Below, one piece after another: positions 35,525 through 45,748 of a DNA stretch of 64,000 nucleotides. The notes beneath the pieces were generated by a model. That model searched no databases and had not been told where the DNA came from. It saw only the letters and a list, made by a program, of their open reading frames with translations. This stretch comes from Bacillota bacterium. Its GTDB lineage: Bacteria > Bacillota > Clostridia > Peptostreptococcales > Anaerovoracaceae. The DNA lies in contig JAFRZB010000038.1 of assembly GCA_017442785.1 (NCBI GenBank), positions 79,416-143,415 of the forward strand, written 5' to 3'. Every line of letters starts with the position of its first letter. The stretch's first letter is position 1. The position numbers and the translations under genes were made by a program.

Positions 35525-36079
35525 CTACTTCCAAAGCCCCTTTCCGTTTTCTCTTGCCTGACGCTGCAGCGCGGTGAATTCCTCAGAGTATTTGACATTG
35601 GGAGGAACAGTCATCACCTGGGCGTAGCCGTCCTCAAGGAGCTTTTTCTGCACCATGGTCTGCTGATCGCTCAGATAGACATATGCAAGGACCCTGCCGT
35701 ACTGGTCGTAGTTGTCCAGATCGTATTCAAGGTAGATGTTCTTGCCGTCTATCAGCTTCTGCAGGTATTCGGCCGCCTTTTTGCCTTCCTGAGTGTTCTC
35801 CTTTCCGGAATACTCCGGAGCGACTGATTCGGGAGCGTCAACGCCCGTCAGCCTGACTTTTGTCTCGGATCCGTCCATCTTTATTACAAAGGTGTCGCCG
35901 TCGACTACCCTTATCACCTTGTACGGCCCCTCAAGGACAATGTCTCCCCTGGTCCTTTTTGAAGGCTTGTTGAGATAAAGCGCGTTAAATAAAACTAACG
36001 CCAATAGTATTATCAGCGCTAGTACGGGAAATATCAGTTTTCTGCGTCTGTTCGGTTTTTCAGCTTCTGCGGTTAGCAT
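35525..36079 (-). CDS. Membrane-anchored thermonuclease (SNase family)
   Basis: N-terminal TM (LIFPVLALIILLALVLF), then VVDGDT..........VRL.G.D.PE.......E....G..A......L....I.LE.D....D.YGR.LAYV. Confidence 0.85.
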   Translation of the reverse strand: MLTAEAEKPNRRRKLIFPVLALIILLALVLFNALYLNKPSKRTRGDIVLEGPYKVIRVVDGDTFVIKMDGSETKVRLTGVDAPESVAPEYSGKENTQEGKKAAEYLQKLIDGKNIYLEYDLDNYDQYGRVLAYVYLSDQQTMVQKKLLEDGYAQVMTVPPNVKYSEEFTALQRQARENGKGLWK

Positions 36080-36491
36080 CCATGTAGCTCTGAAGAATTA
36101 TGACTGCAGCCTGCCTGTCTATTATGGTCTTGCGCTTTTCGCGGCGCATGTTAGCTTCTATAAGCACGTTCTCGGCGATCTTCGTGGTAAATCTTTCATC
36201 CTGGAAGACGAAGCTCAGCTTAAGCCCGCTGCTCCTTGCCTTGTTCTCAAGCCTTGTTACGAACTCACGTACCTTTTCGGTCTGCGGGCTGTCGGAGCCG
36301 TCGAGCATAAGAGGAAGTCCGGATACCACGGTATCCACCTCGTACTCCTTTATCATCTCGATGAGCCTGGAGGTATCCTTCTTGATCCCTATCCTTTCGA
36401 CCGTAGTAACGCCATGAGCGGATATAAACAAGGGGTCGCTTACTGCCACCCCTATTGTTTTATCGCCTATATCGAGACCCATCCACCTCAT
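36060..36491 (-). CDS. ruvX: Holliday junction resolvase-like / pre-16S rRNA nuclease RuvX (YqgF)
   Basis: 143 aa; MGLDIGDKTIGVAVSD, DTVVSGLPL..DGS and DER.TT..A. Confidence 0.92.
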   Translation of the reverse strand: MRWMGLDIGDKTIGVAVSDPLFISAHGVTTVERIGIKKDTSRLIEMIKEYEVDTVVSGLPLMLDGSDSPQTEKVREFVTRLENKARSSGLKLSFVFQDERFTTKIAENVLIEANMRREKRKTIIDRQAAVIILQSYMDANRRS

Positions 36492-36739
36492 TATTTATCC
36501 AGGAACTTCCTGAGCAGCTTTTCTACGAGCTCGTCTCTTTCGATCTTGCGGATGAGGTTTCTGGCATTGTTGTGACCGGTGATGTAGGAAGGATCTCCGG
36601 ACAGGATGTATCCCACCATCTGGTCTATGGCGTTGTAGCCCTTCTCATTAAGAGCGTCGTAAACAGCATTGAGGATCTCCTCTGTAGTCTGTTCCTTCTT
36701 TTTGTCGGGATTGGTGAAAAGTATAGTATTTCTATCCAT
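36491..36739 (-). CDS. IreB-family regulatory phosphoprotein (UPF0297/YrzL)
   Basis: 82 aa; [51 protein letters not shown]. Confidence 0.88.
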   Translation of the reverse strand: MDRNTILFTNPDKKKEQTTEEILNAVYDALNEKGYNAIDQMVGYILSGDPSYITGHNNARNLIRKIERDELVEKLLRKFLDK

Positions 36740-36763
36740 AACAATGCCTCCTATATCTATATT

Positions 36764-39397
36764 TTAACGCTCCATGAGTTTTTCGGCAAGTGCAAATGCG
36801 TCGGGAAGCTTAGAAATATCTTTGGCACCTGCCTGAGCCATGTCCGCCTTTCCGCCTCCGCCGCCTCCGGCCGCCTTGGCTATCTGCTTTATCATGTTGC
36901 CTGCGTGGTAGCCCTTTTCAACAAGGTCGTCGGTAACAGATACCATAAGGGTCGCCTTCTCGCCGTTTACGCTTGCGAACACCATCACAACGCCCTTTTC
37001 CGTGGACTTGATGCTGTCGGAGAGCGTCCTGAGATCGTCTATGGAAGCGTTCTCGAAGGTCTTGGTTATGAGCCTTGCGCCGCTTATCTCCTTTGCGGAT
37101 GCAAGAAGATCCGCTATTCCGGAGTTCATTCCGGCCTTTCTGAGCTCTTCCAGCTCCTTCTTAAGTGCCCTGTTTTCCTCGGCAAGGTTCTCTGCCTTCT
37201 TAAGAAGCGCCGAAGGCGTGGTCTTGAGCACGCCGGAGACCTCCGATACGAGCTCCTGCTGCTTTGCAAGCTCTATCCCTACCATGGAGCCGGTGATGGC
37301 CTCTATCCTTCTTACTCCAGCAGCAACGCCGGACTCTGATATGATCCTCATGGAACCTATCTGTCCTATGTTGGCAACGTGGGTGCCGCCGCAGAACTCA
37401 AGGGAGAAGTCCGGTACGTCAACTACTCTTACCTTGTCTCCGTACTTCTCGCCGAAGAGCATCATGGCGCCGAGCTTCTTGGCCTCTTCTATCGGAAGGA
37501 CCTTGGTCTCAACGTCCGTGAACTTGAGTATCTCTCCGTTGACTATGTCCTCAACTGTCCTGAGGTCCTCGTCGGAGATGGCTTCAAAGTGAGTGAAGTC
37601 GAAGCGGAGCTCGTTCTCGGTGACAAGAGATCCTGCCTGCTCCACGTGGTCTCCGAGTACCATGCGGAGAGCCTTCTGCAGAAGATGCGTGGCGGTATGG
37701 TTCCTTGCTATGGCATGGCGCCTCTGAGCATCTACGCATACGGTGACGGTGTCGCCCTTTGCAAGCTCTCCCGAGGTGATCTTTACGTGATGGATGTAAA
37801 CTCCGTTGGTCTTTGTGGTATTAGTGACAACGGCGGTAAAGCCGTCGGATTCCATTACGCCGGTGTCGCCTGTCTGGCCGCCGCCCTCCCCGTAGAAGGG
37901 AGTGCTGTCCAGGACCACGCGCACTTCGTCGCCCTCGGAGGCGGTATCGAGAGAGCTCATGCCCTTGACGATGGCTATTATCTTTGCTTCTCCAGCAAGG
38001 CTCTCGTATCCGGTGAACTCCGTTGCGGGAAGATCGTGGTACATCACGGACTCATCCAGCCAGCCTGCGTTGTCCTCAGCGCTCCTTGCGGATCTTGCCC
38101 TCTCCTTCTGAGCGGCCATGCAGGCGGCGAAGCCTTCCTCGTCCGCGTCAAGACCCTCATCCTTGGCGATCTCCTTAGTGAGCTCGATCGGGAATCCGTA
38201 GGTATCGTAGAGCTTGAAGCACTGCTCGCCGGTGAGCACTGTCCTGCCGGCAGCCTTTGCCTCGGCTACGTACTGATCCAGTATTGCCTGTCCCTGATCT
38301 ATCGTGGCGGCGAACTTATCTTCCTCAATGCCTATGATCTTTCTGATGTAATCTGCCCTTTCGAGAAGATCCGGGTATGCCTCTCCGGAGGTCTCGAATA
38401 CCTTGTTGCAGAGCTCCTTAAGGAAGGTGCCCTTAATGCCGAGAAGCCTTCCGTGGCGGGCGGCCCGTCTCAGAAGCCTCCTGAGTATGTAGCCTCTTCC
38501 CTCGTTGGAAGGAAGTATTCCGTCGCCTATCATGAAGGACACGGCGCGGATATGGTCCGTGATTATCCTTATCGATATGTCGGAATCGGAAGCGCCGTCG
38601 GTGTACTTGACACCGGCCATGCGGCAGACCTCCTGGAGGATGGCCTGCATGGTGTCGACGTTGTATATGGAGTCCACGCCCTGCATTATGCATGCCATGC
38701 GCTCGAGGCCCATACCGGTGTCTATGTTCTTATGTTCGAGCTCGAGGTAGGATCCGTCCTCCTGACGGTCGAACTGGGTGAATACGTGGTTCCAGAACTC
38801 CATGTAGCGGTCGCAGTCACAGCCGGCCTTGCAATCAGGCTTTCCGCAGCCGTACTCCTCGCCTCTGTCGTAATAGATCTCGGAGCAGGGTCCGCACGGG
38901 CCTGTTCCTATCTCCCAGAAGTTGTCCTCCTTGCCGAGGCGTACTATCCTCTCCTCGGGAAGACCTATCTCGTCTCTCCAGATCGCATAGGCTTCGTCAT
39001 CATCTTCATATACTGTTGCCCAGAGCTTTTCCTTGGGTATCCCGAGCCATTTCTCGGAGGTGACGAACTCCCAGCCCCAGGTAAGGGACTCGCGCTTGAA
39101 ATAGTCGCCGAAGGAGAAGTTTCCGAGCATCTCAAAGAAAGTGGCGTGCCTTGCGGTATGTCCCACGTTGTCTATATCGTTGGTCCTTATGCACTTCTGG
39201 CAGGTGGTCATCCTGTGCCTGGGCGGCTCTTCCGTGCCGGCAAAATAAGGCTTTAACGGAGCCATTCCCGCTGCTATCAGCAGAAGGCTCTTATCGTTCT
39301 TGGGTACGAGAGAATAGCTCTCATGCACCAGACAGCCCTTGGATTCCCAGAATTCCAGGAACATCTTTCTTATTTCATTTACTCCGAGATATTTCAT
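36764..39397 (-). CDS. alaS: Alanine--tRNA ligase
   Basis: 877 aa; FFEMLGNFSFGDYFK, WEIG.GPCGPCSEI, editing-domain HTATHLL...H, and a C-terminal DHHA1 domain with GGGGGK. Confidence 0.96.
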   Translation of the reverse strand: MKYLGVNEIRKMFLEFWESKGCLVHESYSLVPKNDKSLLLIAAGMAPLKPYFAGTEEPPRHRMTTCQKCIRTNDIDNVGHTARHATFFEMLGNFSFGDYFKRESLTWGWEFVTSEKWLGIPKEKLWATVYEDDDEAYAIWRDEIGLPEERIVRLGKEDNFWEIGTGPCGPCSEIYYDRGEEYGCGKPDCKAGCDCDRYMEFWNHVFTQFDRQEDGSYLELEHKNIDTGMGLERMACIMQGVDSIYNVDTMQAILQEVCRMAGVKYTDGASDSDISIRIITDHIRAVSFMIGDGILPSNEGRGYILRRLLRRAARHGRLLGIKGTFLKELCNKVFETSGEAYPDLLERADYIRKIIGIEEDKFAATIDQGQAILDQYVAEAKAAGRTVLTGEQCFKLYDTYGFPIELTKEIAKDEGLDADEEGFAACMAAQKERARSARSAEDNAGWLDESVMYHDLPATEFTGYESLAGEAKIIAIVKGMSSLDTASEGDEVRVVLDSTPFYGEGGGQTGDTGVMESDGFTAVVTNTTKTNGVYIHHVKITSGELAKGDTVTVCVDAQRRHAIARNHTATHLLQKALRMVLGDHVEQAGSLVTENELRFDFTHFEAISDEDLRTVEDIVNGEILKFTDVETKVLPIEEAKKLGAMMLFGEKYGDKVRVVDVPDFSLEFCGGTHVANIGQIGSMRIISESGVAAGVRRIEAITGSMVGIELAKQQELVSEVSGVLKTTPSALLKKAENLAEENRALKKELEELRKAGMNSGIADLLASAKEISGARLITKTFENASIDDLRTLSDSIKSTEKGVVMVFASVNGEKATLMVSVTDDLVEKGYHAGNMIKQIAKAAGGGGGGKADMAQAGAKDISKLPDAFALAEKLMER

Positions 39398-39421
39398 TTG
39401 CTCTTTCCTCTTTATGTAAAA

Positions 39422-39667
39422 CTAGTTTTTATACTCTTCTATCTCTACAGTCTCAACGACTCGCCTTACCTTCAGGCGGGGATCGTCAGGCTCTACTATC
39501 TCTATGGATTCCAGCTGCTGCTTAAAGCGCGCCCTGAAATCATCAAGGAATATCCTGTAGAGTATCTTCTGCTCCGCCTGCTCCTCCGCGGTAAGCCCTG
39601 CGGTCCTTTTCTTGCGGGCGAGCTCGTTTATCCTGTTAAGCTGTTCTTTGGTAACGCCTTTTGTCAT
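39422..39667 (-). CDS. DUF896 (YnzC/UPF0291) family protein
   Basis: 81 aa; [29 protein letters not shown]. Confidence 0.8.
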   Translation of the reverse strand: MTKGVTKEQLNRINELARKKRTAGLTAEEQAEQKILYRIFLDDFRARFKQQLESIEIVEPDDPRLKVRRVVETVEIEEYKN

Positions 39668-40029
39668 TCTGCAGTTATGTAGTCCTTTATCTTTTCGTAT
39701 GTAGCCTCGCCTATGCCCCGGACCTCCATTATCTCCTCGACGGAGACGAAGCCCCCGTAGGCGTTCCTGTAATCGATTATGGCCTGAGCCTTTACAGGTC
39801 CTATGCCGGGAAGGCGCTGGAGCTCTTCCGCATCCGCGCTGTTGATGTCCACGGACAGAGCCTCGGATGCTCCTTTATCTTCAGGAGCGGAGCTTTCGGT
39901 TTTTGTGTCAAAAAATTTAATTATATCAGGCACTTCCTTGACGGGCCTCATATAATTATACACGCTGCCGGCCGCGAATACAACGCAGATCGACGCCAGT
40001 ACCGCGGTCTTTATGTATTTGAGCTTCAT
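39664..40029 (-). CDS. comEA: ComEA-family helix-hairpin-helix DNA-binding protein
   Basis: 121 aa with an N-terminal TM and [27 protein letters not shown]...G.F.S.EE...V.GIGE.T.EKIK. Confidence 0.85.
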   Translation of the reverse strand: MKLKYIKTAVLASICVVFAAGSVYNYMRPVKEVPDIIKFFDTKTESSAPEDKGASEALSVDINSADAEELQRLPGIGPVKAQAIIDYRNAYGGFVSVEEIMEVRGIGEATYEKIKDYITAE

Positions 40030-40091
40030 AATAAAACACCATGAAGCATCCCCACACGGAAATTATATATTTGCCGTTTTTCCCAGTCAAG

Positions 40092-41258
40092 TCAATTGTT
40101 GGCGTGCTTTGCGGAAGCCTTGTAGGCAGCGCAGCATACGAGGGCCGTAAGCGGTATGGTGAGCAGTATCGCCATGCTTCCGACGATGGCGTTCAGAAGC
40201 TCCACTACTATGCTCTCCGTATTCACAAGCTCCATGAGAGTATTTGCGTAGGTGACCTTAAGCAGTATGGAGCACAGAGAGCTTCCTATGTAAGCCAGCA
40301 CCAGAGTGTTAGCCATGGTCCCCATTACGTCGCGGCCTATGTTCATGCCGCTTTTGAAGAGCTCGCGCGGGCTGATGTCCGGAGCATGATGCTTTATCTC
40401 ATACAGAGAGGACGCAATGTCCATGGCAACATCCATGACAGCTCCGAGCGCGCCTATGGTTATCATGGCAAAGATCAGCGCTCTCAGATCTATCGGAGTG
40501 CCCTGCTCCCCCATTACCTGAAGATAAACCGAGTGCTCGTCTATGAAACCTGTAAGGTGCATCATCCTGTCGAAGATGAATGATATCAGAGCCGCGGTGA
40601 CAACTCCCGCTCCGCAGCCCAGCATCGTCGCAACGGACTTTTTGGAGGTGCCGTTGGTAAGGATGAGCGTCATTATGATAGTGAAGGCGCATATCAGCAC
40701 CGTAAGCACATAGACGTTCCTTCCGGCCAGCACTCCTGGTATGAATACCATGAACACCGCAAGGCAGGTGAATATCAGGGATATTATAGTGTTGACGCCC
40801 TTCCGCCTTCCGAAAAGGACTATCAGTACAAGGAATATGATCCCCAGGACCAGTATGTAGTCGAAGCGGGCGAAGTTTCCGAAGACCCAGTCGTCCGTAC
40901 CGGACTGATACTCGTAGTTGTAGAGTATCACGATATCCCCTGTCTTTACGAATCGCTCGCCGGTGTCCGTGTAGGAATCTATGTGCTGGTAAGCCAGGAC
41001 GACCTCGCCCTTTCGGCTTCCGGTAAGGAGCTTGGCCTTGAAGAACTGTATCTTTGAGGAATAGCCCGCGTCCTCAAGAGCTTCCTCTACAAGCTCCGAT
41101 ATCTCCGTTACCTTGGCACGCGCAGTGACCTCGGTCTGGTCAAGTATATGGACATCGCCCTTAACAAGCCTGTTTCCGGCAAAGATAAGGACGGCAGATA
41201 TGACGACGGTAAGAAGCCAGACGATTATTCTGTTCTTAGATCTCCTGGAAACTTTCAT
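40092..41258 (-). CDS. YibE/F-family integral membrane protein
   Basis: 388 aa with an N-terminal TM plus soluble beta-rich domain, followed by about 6 TM helices. Layout and motifs are typical of YibE/F. Confidence 0.68.
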   Translation of the reverse strand: MKVSRRSKNRIIVWLLTVVISAVLIFAGNRLVKGDVHILDQTEVTARAKVTEISELVEEALEDAGYSSKIQFFKAKLLTGSRKGEVVLAYQHIDSYTDTGERFVKTGDIVILYNYEYQSGTDDWVFGNFARFDYILVLGIIFLVLIVLFGRRKGVNTIISLIFTCLAVFMVFIPGVLAGRNVYVLTVLICAFTIIMTLILTNGTSKKSVATMLGCGAGVVTAALISFIFDRMMHLTGFIDEHSVYLQVMGEQGTPIDLRALIFAMITIGALGAVMDVAMDIASSLYEIKHHAPDISPRELFKSGMNIGRDVMGTMANTLVLAYIGSSLCSILLKVTYANTLMELVNTESIVVELLNAIVGSMAILLTIPLTALVCCAAYKASAKHANN

Positions 41259-41943
41259 AAAGAGGTACGAATCCTTCCTCAGCTGATCCCGTGCAGATGT
41301 CGAGTCTTGTTATGCGGCATTCATGCAGGGGCTTATCTATATTATAATACTTAAACATCGATTCGAGAAGCTTTCCGGGGTTAAGAGTCTCGTTGCTTGC
41401 GCAGCGGAGCATCATGTAAAGTACGACGCCGCCGTCATCGGAAACAGAAGGCTCGACCGAATAGATGTACTGCTTTATATCCTTCTCGACAGGCTGCTTT
41501 GTCTTCTTGTCCTTCTTTGTGATGAAAATCCTGTCCTGAGAGAGGAAGCTGCTTATATCCTCCGGGAACTCTTCCCTTTCAAGGCCCAAAACAGCCCTGT
41601 ACGAGGCCGATACCGTCCTGTTTGAGAAATTGTTCGACGTGCGCTCAACTTCTCTGCAGGCGGTGAATCTGATGCCGTCAGGCATGCTCATGTTGAGTAG
41701 CTCCGGAAGCTTTTCAGCTTCGTATGCCTTAACGGTATCTATCTCGAAATACTCGCTCTCGGACTCGTATCCGAGGGAGAGCGGCTGGACTATGTTTATA
41801 AGCTCGTGAGGATTATATCCGTTGGAGAACGCCGGCTCTATACCCGCCCTTCTCATGGCGCGCTTAAAGAGCCTGGCTATGTCCAGGTGCGAGAGAAACC
41901 TTGTATTTCCTTTTTTGCAGAACCTTAGGAGATAGCGCTTCAT
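41236..41943 (-). CDS. TIGR03936-family (DUF2344) radical SAM-associated protein
   Basis: RFLSHLDIARLFKRAMRRAGIEPAFSNGYNPH. The start was moved to ATG 41943, in ATGA overlap with the upstream stop. Confidence 0.85.
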   Translation of the reverse strand: MKRYLLRFCKKGNTRFLSHLDIARLFKRAMRRAGIEPAFSNGYNPHELINIVQPLSLGYESESEYFEIDTVKAYEAEKLPELLNMSMPDGIRFTACREVERTSNNFSNRTVSASYRAVLGLEREEFPEDISSFLSQDRIFITKKDKKTKQPVEKDIKQYIYSVEPSVSDDGGVVLYMMLRCASNETLNPGKLLESMFKYYNIDKPLHECRITRLDICTGSAEEGFVPLYESFQEI

Positions 41944-43772
41944 CTTGACAGCACCCCCGCGAAAGCGCATTCAAGGTGTTTGTTTATACCGCAGCCGTTG
42001 CATCTTACGCGGCAGTCCGGAGTAGTCTTTTCGGTGAAGGCCTTTTCGTATTCCGACAGCAGATAATCGTGCTCAACGCCGCAGTCTATGATCTCCCAGG
42101 GCAGCGGAGCGTCAGTGCGAAGGCCGCTTACGGCAAAGTAAGAGCTGTCCAGGCCGCACTCCGAGAGTGCCTGCTTCCAGGCATCCTCCTTAAAGTGCTC
42201 CGTCCAGGAATCGAAGCTGCAGCCGAGCTCCCAGGCCCTCTTTATGACGCCGCAGAGCCTGCGGTCTCCTCTCGCAAGATAAGCCTCCAGAGTGCTTACG
42301 AAGCTCTCGTGGTAATGGAGCGTGGCTCCGCGGACCCTTCTCAGCCTGCTCATGAGGAAGTCGTGCTTGCGCTTGAACTCCTCCGGGCTGTCCTGAGGCG
42401 CCCACTGGAAGGGCGTAAAAGGCTTGGGCACGAAGTTCGCCACGCTTATAGAGACATTGAACCTTCCGGCGCCGGCCTCCCTTGCAGTCCTCATTATCTT
42501 TTCTGCAAGGTCGCAGATGCCTTCAAGATCCTCGTCCGTCTCCGTGGGAAGACCTATCATGAAGTAGGTCTTGACGGAAGTCCATCCGAGGCTTACGGCC
42601 TTTCTTATGGCTCCGAGAATGTCATCCTCGGTTATGTTCTTGTTTATGACGTCCCTCAGGCGCTGTGTTCCTGCCTCGGGCGCGAAGGTCAGCCCGCTCT
42701 TCCTCATGCCCTGGATCTCGTCCAGTATCTTAAAGGCAAAATTGTCAAGGCGAAGAGAAGGAAGAGATATAGATACCTTCCTCGGCCTGCAGTATTCTAT
42801 GAGCTCGGTCATAAGAGGCTGAAACTCCGAATAATCCGAAGAAGAAAGCGACAGCAGAGAAAGCTCGCTGTGTCCGCTGTTTTCGAGCTGGGCCTTTGCG
42901 ATGCGAAGGTTGGTCTTTGCGCCGCGTTCTCTTATCGGACGGTATATCATGCCTGCCTGGCAGAAGCGGCAGCCTCTGGTGCAGCCCCTGAAAAGCTCGC
43001 ATACAGCCCTGTCGTGGACTACCTCTATGAGAGGGATGATGTTGCGTTCGGGATAATCGCACTTGTCCAGATCCTTTACGAAGGCCCTGAGGATCTTATC
43101 CGGTGCTTCGGCCTCCAGCCTGTCATAGCGCAGGAAGCTCCCGTCCTCTCCGTATACCGGTGCGTAGAACGAGGGAACATAGACACCCTGAAGCCTGCTG
43201 AGCCTTTTTAATGAATCTTTTTTTGTAAGCCCTTCTTTCCGGCATTCGGAATAGGCCCTGCAGAACTCCGGAAGCAGTTCCTCGCCGTCTCCGACGAGAA
43301 CAGCGTCGAAAAAGTCCGCAAGAGGCTCCGCGTTAAAGGCGCAGGGTCCGCCTGCTATGATAAGCGGATCGTCCTCTGTCCTTTCGGCGGAAAGAAGCGG
43401 TATCCCCGCAAGGTCCATCATGCTCAGGATGTTCGTGTAGGACATCTCGTACTGAAGCGTAAAGCCGACTATGTCAGCGTCCGCCACCGGAGTCTTGGTC
43501 TCAAGCGTATACAAAGGAAGACCGGCGGCCTTCATGGCGCTCTGCATGTCTTTTCTGGGCGCAAAGACTCTCTCCATGTAGGTGTGTCCGGTCTTGTTCA
43601 TTATGTTGTAGAGTATGTTCATGCCGTTCCAGGACATGCCTATCTCGTAGGTGTCCGGGAAACAGAAAGCAAGACGGATGTCGAATGTCCCGTCCTGCTT
43701 TATTATCTGGTTCGGCTCGTTGCCTATGTAAGCGGCAGGCTTCTCGACCCCCGGAAGAAGAGGATCGAGCAT
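41940..43772 (-). CDS. TIGR03960-family B12-binding-domain radical SAM protein
   Basis: VEKPAAYIGNE, ELFRGCTRGCRFCQAG. The start was moved to ATG 43772 (MLDPLLPGVEKP), 10 nt after the obg stop. Confidence 0.88.
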   Translation of the reverse strand: MLDPLLPGVEKPAAYIGNEPNQIIKQDGTFDIRLAFCFPDTYEIGMSWNGMNILYNIMNKTGHTYMERVFAPRKDMQSAMKAAGLPLYTLETKTPVADADIVGFTLQYEMSYTNILSMMDLAGIPLLSAERTEDDPLIIAGGPCAFNAEPLADFFDAVLVGDGEELLPEFCRAYSECRKEGLTKKDSLKRLSRLQGVYVPSFYAPVYGEDGSFLRYDRLEAEAPDKILRAFVKDLDKCDYPERNIIPLIEVVHDRAVCELFRGCTRGCRFCQAGMIYRPIRERGAKTNLRIAKAQLENSGHSELSLLSLSSSDYSEFQPLMTELIEYCRPRKVSISLPSLRLDNFAFKILDEIQGMRKSGLTFAPEAGTQRLRDVINKNITEDDILGAIRKAVSLGWTSVKTYFMIGLPTETDEDLEGICDLAEKIMRTAREAGAGRFNVSISVANFVPKPFTPFQWAPQDSPEEFKRKHDFLMSRLRRVRGATLHYHESFVSTLEAYLARGDRRLCGVIKRAWELGCSFDSWTEHFKEDAWKQALSECGLDSSYFAVSGLRTDAPLPWEIIDCGVEHDYLLSEYEKAFTEKTTPDCRVRCNGCGINKHLECAFAGVLSR

Positions 43773-43782
43773 GCGCTGCACA

Positions 43783-45063
43783 TCATTCCTCGTAATACTC
43801 AAATTCGTAATCGAATACCTTGACGGTATCTCCGTCCTCCAGGCCTCTCTCCGCAAGTTCCTCGAAGACGCCCTTGCTGTCTATGTATTTATACAGGTAG
43901 CGGAGAGACCCGGTGTCGTTGAAATTGGTGGAATCGAAGATCTTTCTCAGCTGCTTTCCGGTAAGCACGAATACTCCGTCCTCGTCCACTTCTATGTTTA
44001 TGTCCCTGAAGTCCGGCTCGTCCTCGGGATCCGGAGCAACGTAGAACAATACGGGCTCTTCTTCCTCTTCGGGAAGCTCATTGAGCATCGTAAGCGCCCT
44101 GGACAGCAATTTGTCCACGCCCTCGTGTATGGGAGCGGATATCGGGAACACCTCAAAGCCCTTTGACGTCACGTAATCGGTGAAAGCCTCAAGGACGACG
44201 TCCTCGGCCATGTCTATCTTGTTGGCGGCTACAAGCATGGGCTTTTTTGAGAGCTTCTCGCTGTAGTTCTTAAGCTCCGCGTTTATCTTTTCGAAATCTT
44301 CTATAGGATCCCTTCCCTCCGAGCCGGACACGTCCACGACGTGTATGAGGATGCGGGTCCTCTCTATATGCTTAAGGAAGTCCAGGCCCAGTCCGGCGCC
44401 TTCAGAAGCGCCCTCTATGAGCCCCGGGATGTCCGCCATTACAAAGCTCTGATCATAGAGGTTTACGACGCCCAGATTAGGAGTGATGGTGGTGAAGTGA
44501 TAATCCGCTATCTTGGGATTCGCGGACGTGGATACCGAGAGCAGCGTGGACTTGCCTACATTGGGATAGCCCACAAGGCCTACGTCGGCAATGAGCTTAA
44601 GCTCCAGCTCCACATTCCGCTCTACGCTAAATCCACCGGATTCGGCGAAGTTCGGGGCCTGCCTTACGGAATTCTTGAACCATACATTGCCTTTTCCGCC
44701 CTTGCCGCCCTTGGCTGCGACGAAGCGCTGTCCGTCCTCCTTGAGGTCTGCCATTATGTTGCCGGTGCTGACGTCCTTTATGACGGTGCCTACGGGGACC
44801 TTTATCACAAGGTCTTCCGCGTCCTTGCCGTACTGCTGCTTGCCGCGTCCGTTCTCGCCGCTCTCCGCGACATACTTCTTCTTGTACCTGAAATCCATCA
44901 GGGTCCTTAAGTTTCTGTCAGCCAAAAATACGACGCTGCCTCCGCGGCCGCCGTTTCCGCCGTCCGGTCCGCCCTGGGGAACGTAGGGCTCGCGCCTGAA
45001 CGACACGCTGCCGTCGCCGCCCTTGCCGGACTTTATGAATATCTGTGCTTTATCTACGAACAT
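43783..45063 (-). CDS. obg: GTPase Obg/CgtA
   Basis: 426 aa; MFVDKA.I....G.GGDG..SFRRE, the G domain GYPNVGKST / DIPGLIEGA / NKID, and a C-terminal OCT domain. Confidence 0.96.
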   Translation of the reverse strand: MFVDKAQIFIKSGKGGDGSVSFRREPYVPQGGPDGGNGGRGGSVVFLADRNLRTLMDFRYKKKYVAESGENGRGKQQYGKDAEDLVIKVPVGTVIKDVSTGNIMADLKEDGQRFVAAKGGKGGKGNVWFKNSVRQAPNFAESGGFSVERNVELELKLIADVGLVGYPNVGKSTLLSVSTSANPKIADYHFTTITPNLGVVNLYDQSFVMADIPGLIEGASEGAGLGLDFLKHIERTRILIHVVDVSGSEGRDPIEDFEKINAELKNYSEKLSKKPMLVAANKIDMAEDVVLEAFTDYVTSKGFEVFPISAPIHEGVDKLLSRALTMLNELPEEEEEPVLFYVAPDPEDEPDFRDINIEVDEDGVFVLTGKQLRKIFDSTNFNDTGSLRYLYKYIDSKGVFEELAERGLEDGDTVKVFDYEFEYYEE

Positions 45064-45106
45064 GTCAGTTAATAAATAAGCCCCCGTATTGCCGGGGGCA
45101 TGGAAA

Positions 45107-45367
45107 TTAAGCTTCTTCCGGGTAAACGCTTACCTGCTTGCGGGTCTTGTCTTTTCTCTCGAACTTGACAGTGCCGTCTACCTTTGCGAACAGTGTGTCA
45201 TCACCACCGATGCCCACATTGTTTCCGGGATGATACTTGGTGCCTCTCTGGCGAACAAGTATGGAGCCTGCGCTTACGAACTGACCGTCAGCTCTCTTGA
45301 CTCCCAGACGTTTGGATTCACTTTCGCGGCCGTTCTTGGAACTGCCGACACCCTTTTTACTTGCCAT
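45107..45367 (-). CDS. rpmA: 50S ribosomal protein bL27 (no N-terminal propeptide)
   Basis: [24 protein letters not shown]...[24 protein letters not shown]. The mature-type N-terminus starts directly at Met-Ala-Ser-Lys-Lys. Confidence 0.95.
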   Translation of the reverse strand: MASKKGVGSSKNGRESESKRLGVKRADGQFVSAGSILVRQRGTKYHPGNNVGIGGDDTLFAKVDGTVKFERKDKTRKQVSVYPEEA

Positions 45368-45388
45368 GTCTATACCTCCTTAGAACGA

Positions 45389-45748
45389 TCACTCTGCTGC
45401 CTCAGCAGGAGCGTCCTCTGCCTTCTTGCGGGGAGCCCTTACTGTTATGGACTTGATCTTAAGCTGTGTATAGGGCTGTCTGTGGCCCTGCTTCTTCTTG
45501 CTGTCCTTCTTGGCCTTATACTTGTAGATGACGACCTTCTTGGCCTTTCCGTTCTCAACGACCTCTGCCTTGACGCTGGCGCCGCTTACATAGGGCGTTC
45601 CGATGAGGGTATTGTCGTCCTTCTCTACTACAAGGACTTCCTTGATGGTAACTGCTTTTCCGGCCTCGGCATCAAGCTTTTCCACGTTGATGACGTCGCC
45701 TTCGGTAACGCGATACTGCTTACCACCGGTCTCGATTACTGCGTACAT
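45389..45748 (-). CDS. rplU: 50S ribosomal protein bL21 with short acidic C-terminal extension
   Basis: The start was moved to ATG 45748 ([14 protein letters not shown]), with GGAGG upstream. Confidence 0.94.
   Translation of the reverse strand: MYAVIETGGKQYRVTEGDVINVEKLDAEAGKAVTIKEVLVVEKDDNTLIGTPYVSGASVKAEVVENGKAKKVVIYKYKAKKDSKKKQGHRQPYTQLKIKSITVRAPRKKAEDAPAEAAE

Noticed and set aside
34436-35827. A 463-aa + strand ORF, together with similar long shadow ORFs at 41976-43211, 3710-4885, 11288-12391, 2087-3028, 9162-10115, 57440-58471, 58484-59386, 32127-32840 and 32755-33525.
   Set aside because: Each lies antisense to, or out of frame with, a gene that has unambiguous family motifs (radical SAM, Rel, LeuRS, PolA, a GxGxxG flavoprotein and others). 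I treat them as shadow ORFs, not overlapping genes.
37379-39256. A 625-aa open reading frame on the + strand, the longest unannotated ORF in the track.
   Set aside because: It is entirely antisense to alaS, whose translation carries every class II AlaRS motif. The antisense translation is low-information (rich in L, V, Y, G and A) with no recognisable motif, no RBS and no sensible start context. Long stop-free antisense frames are expected with this codon usage.
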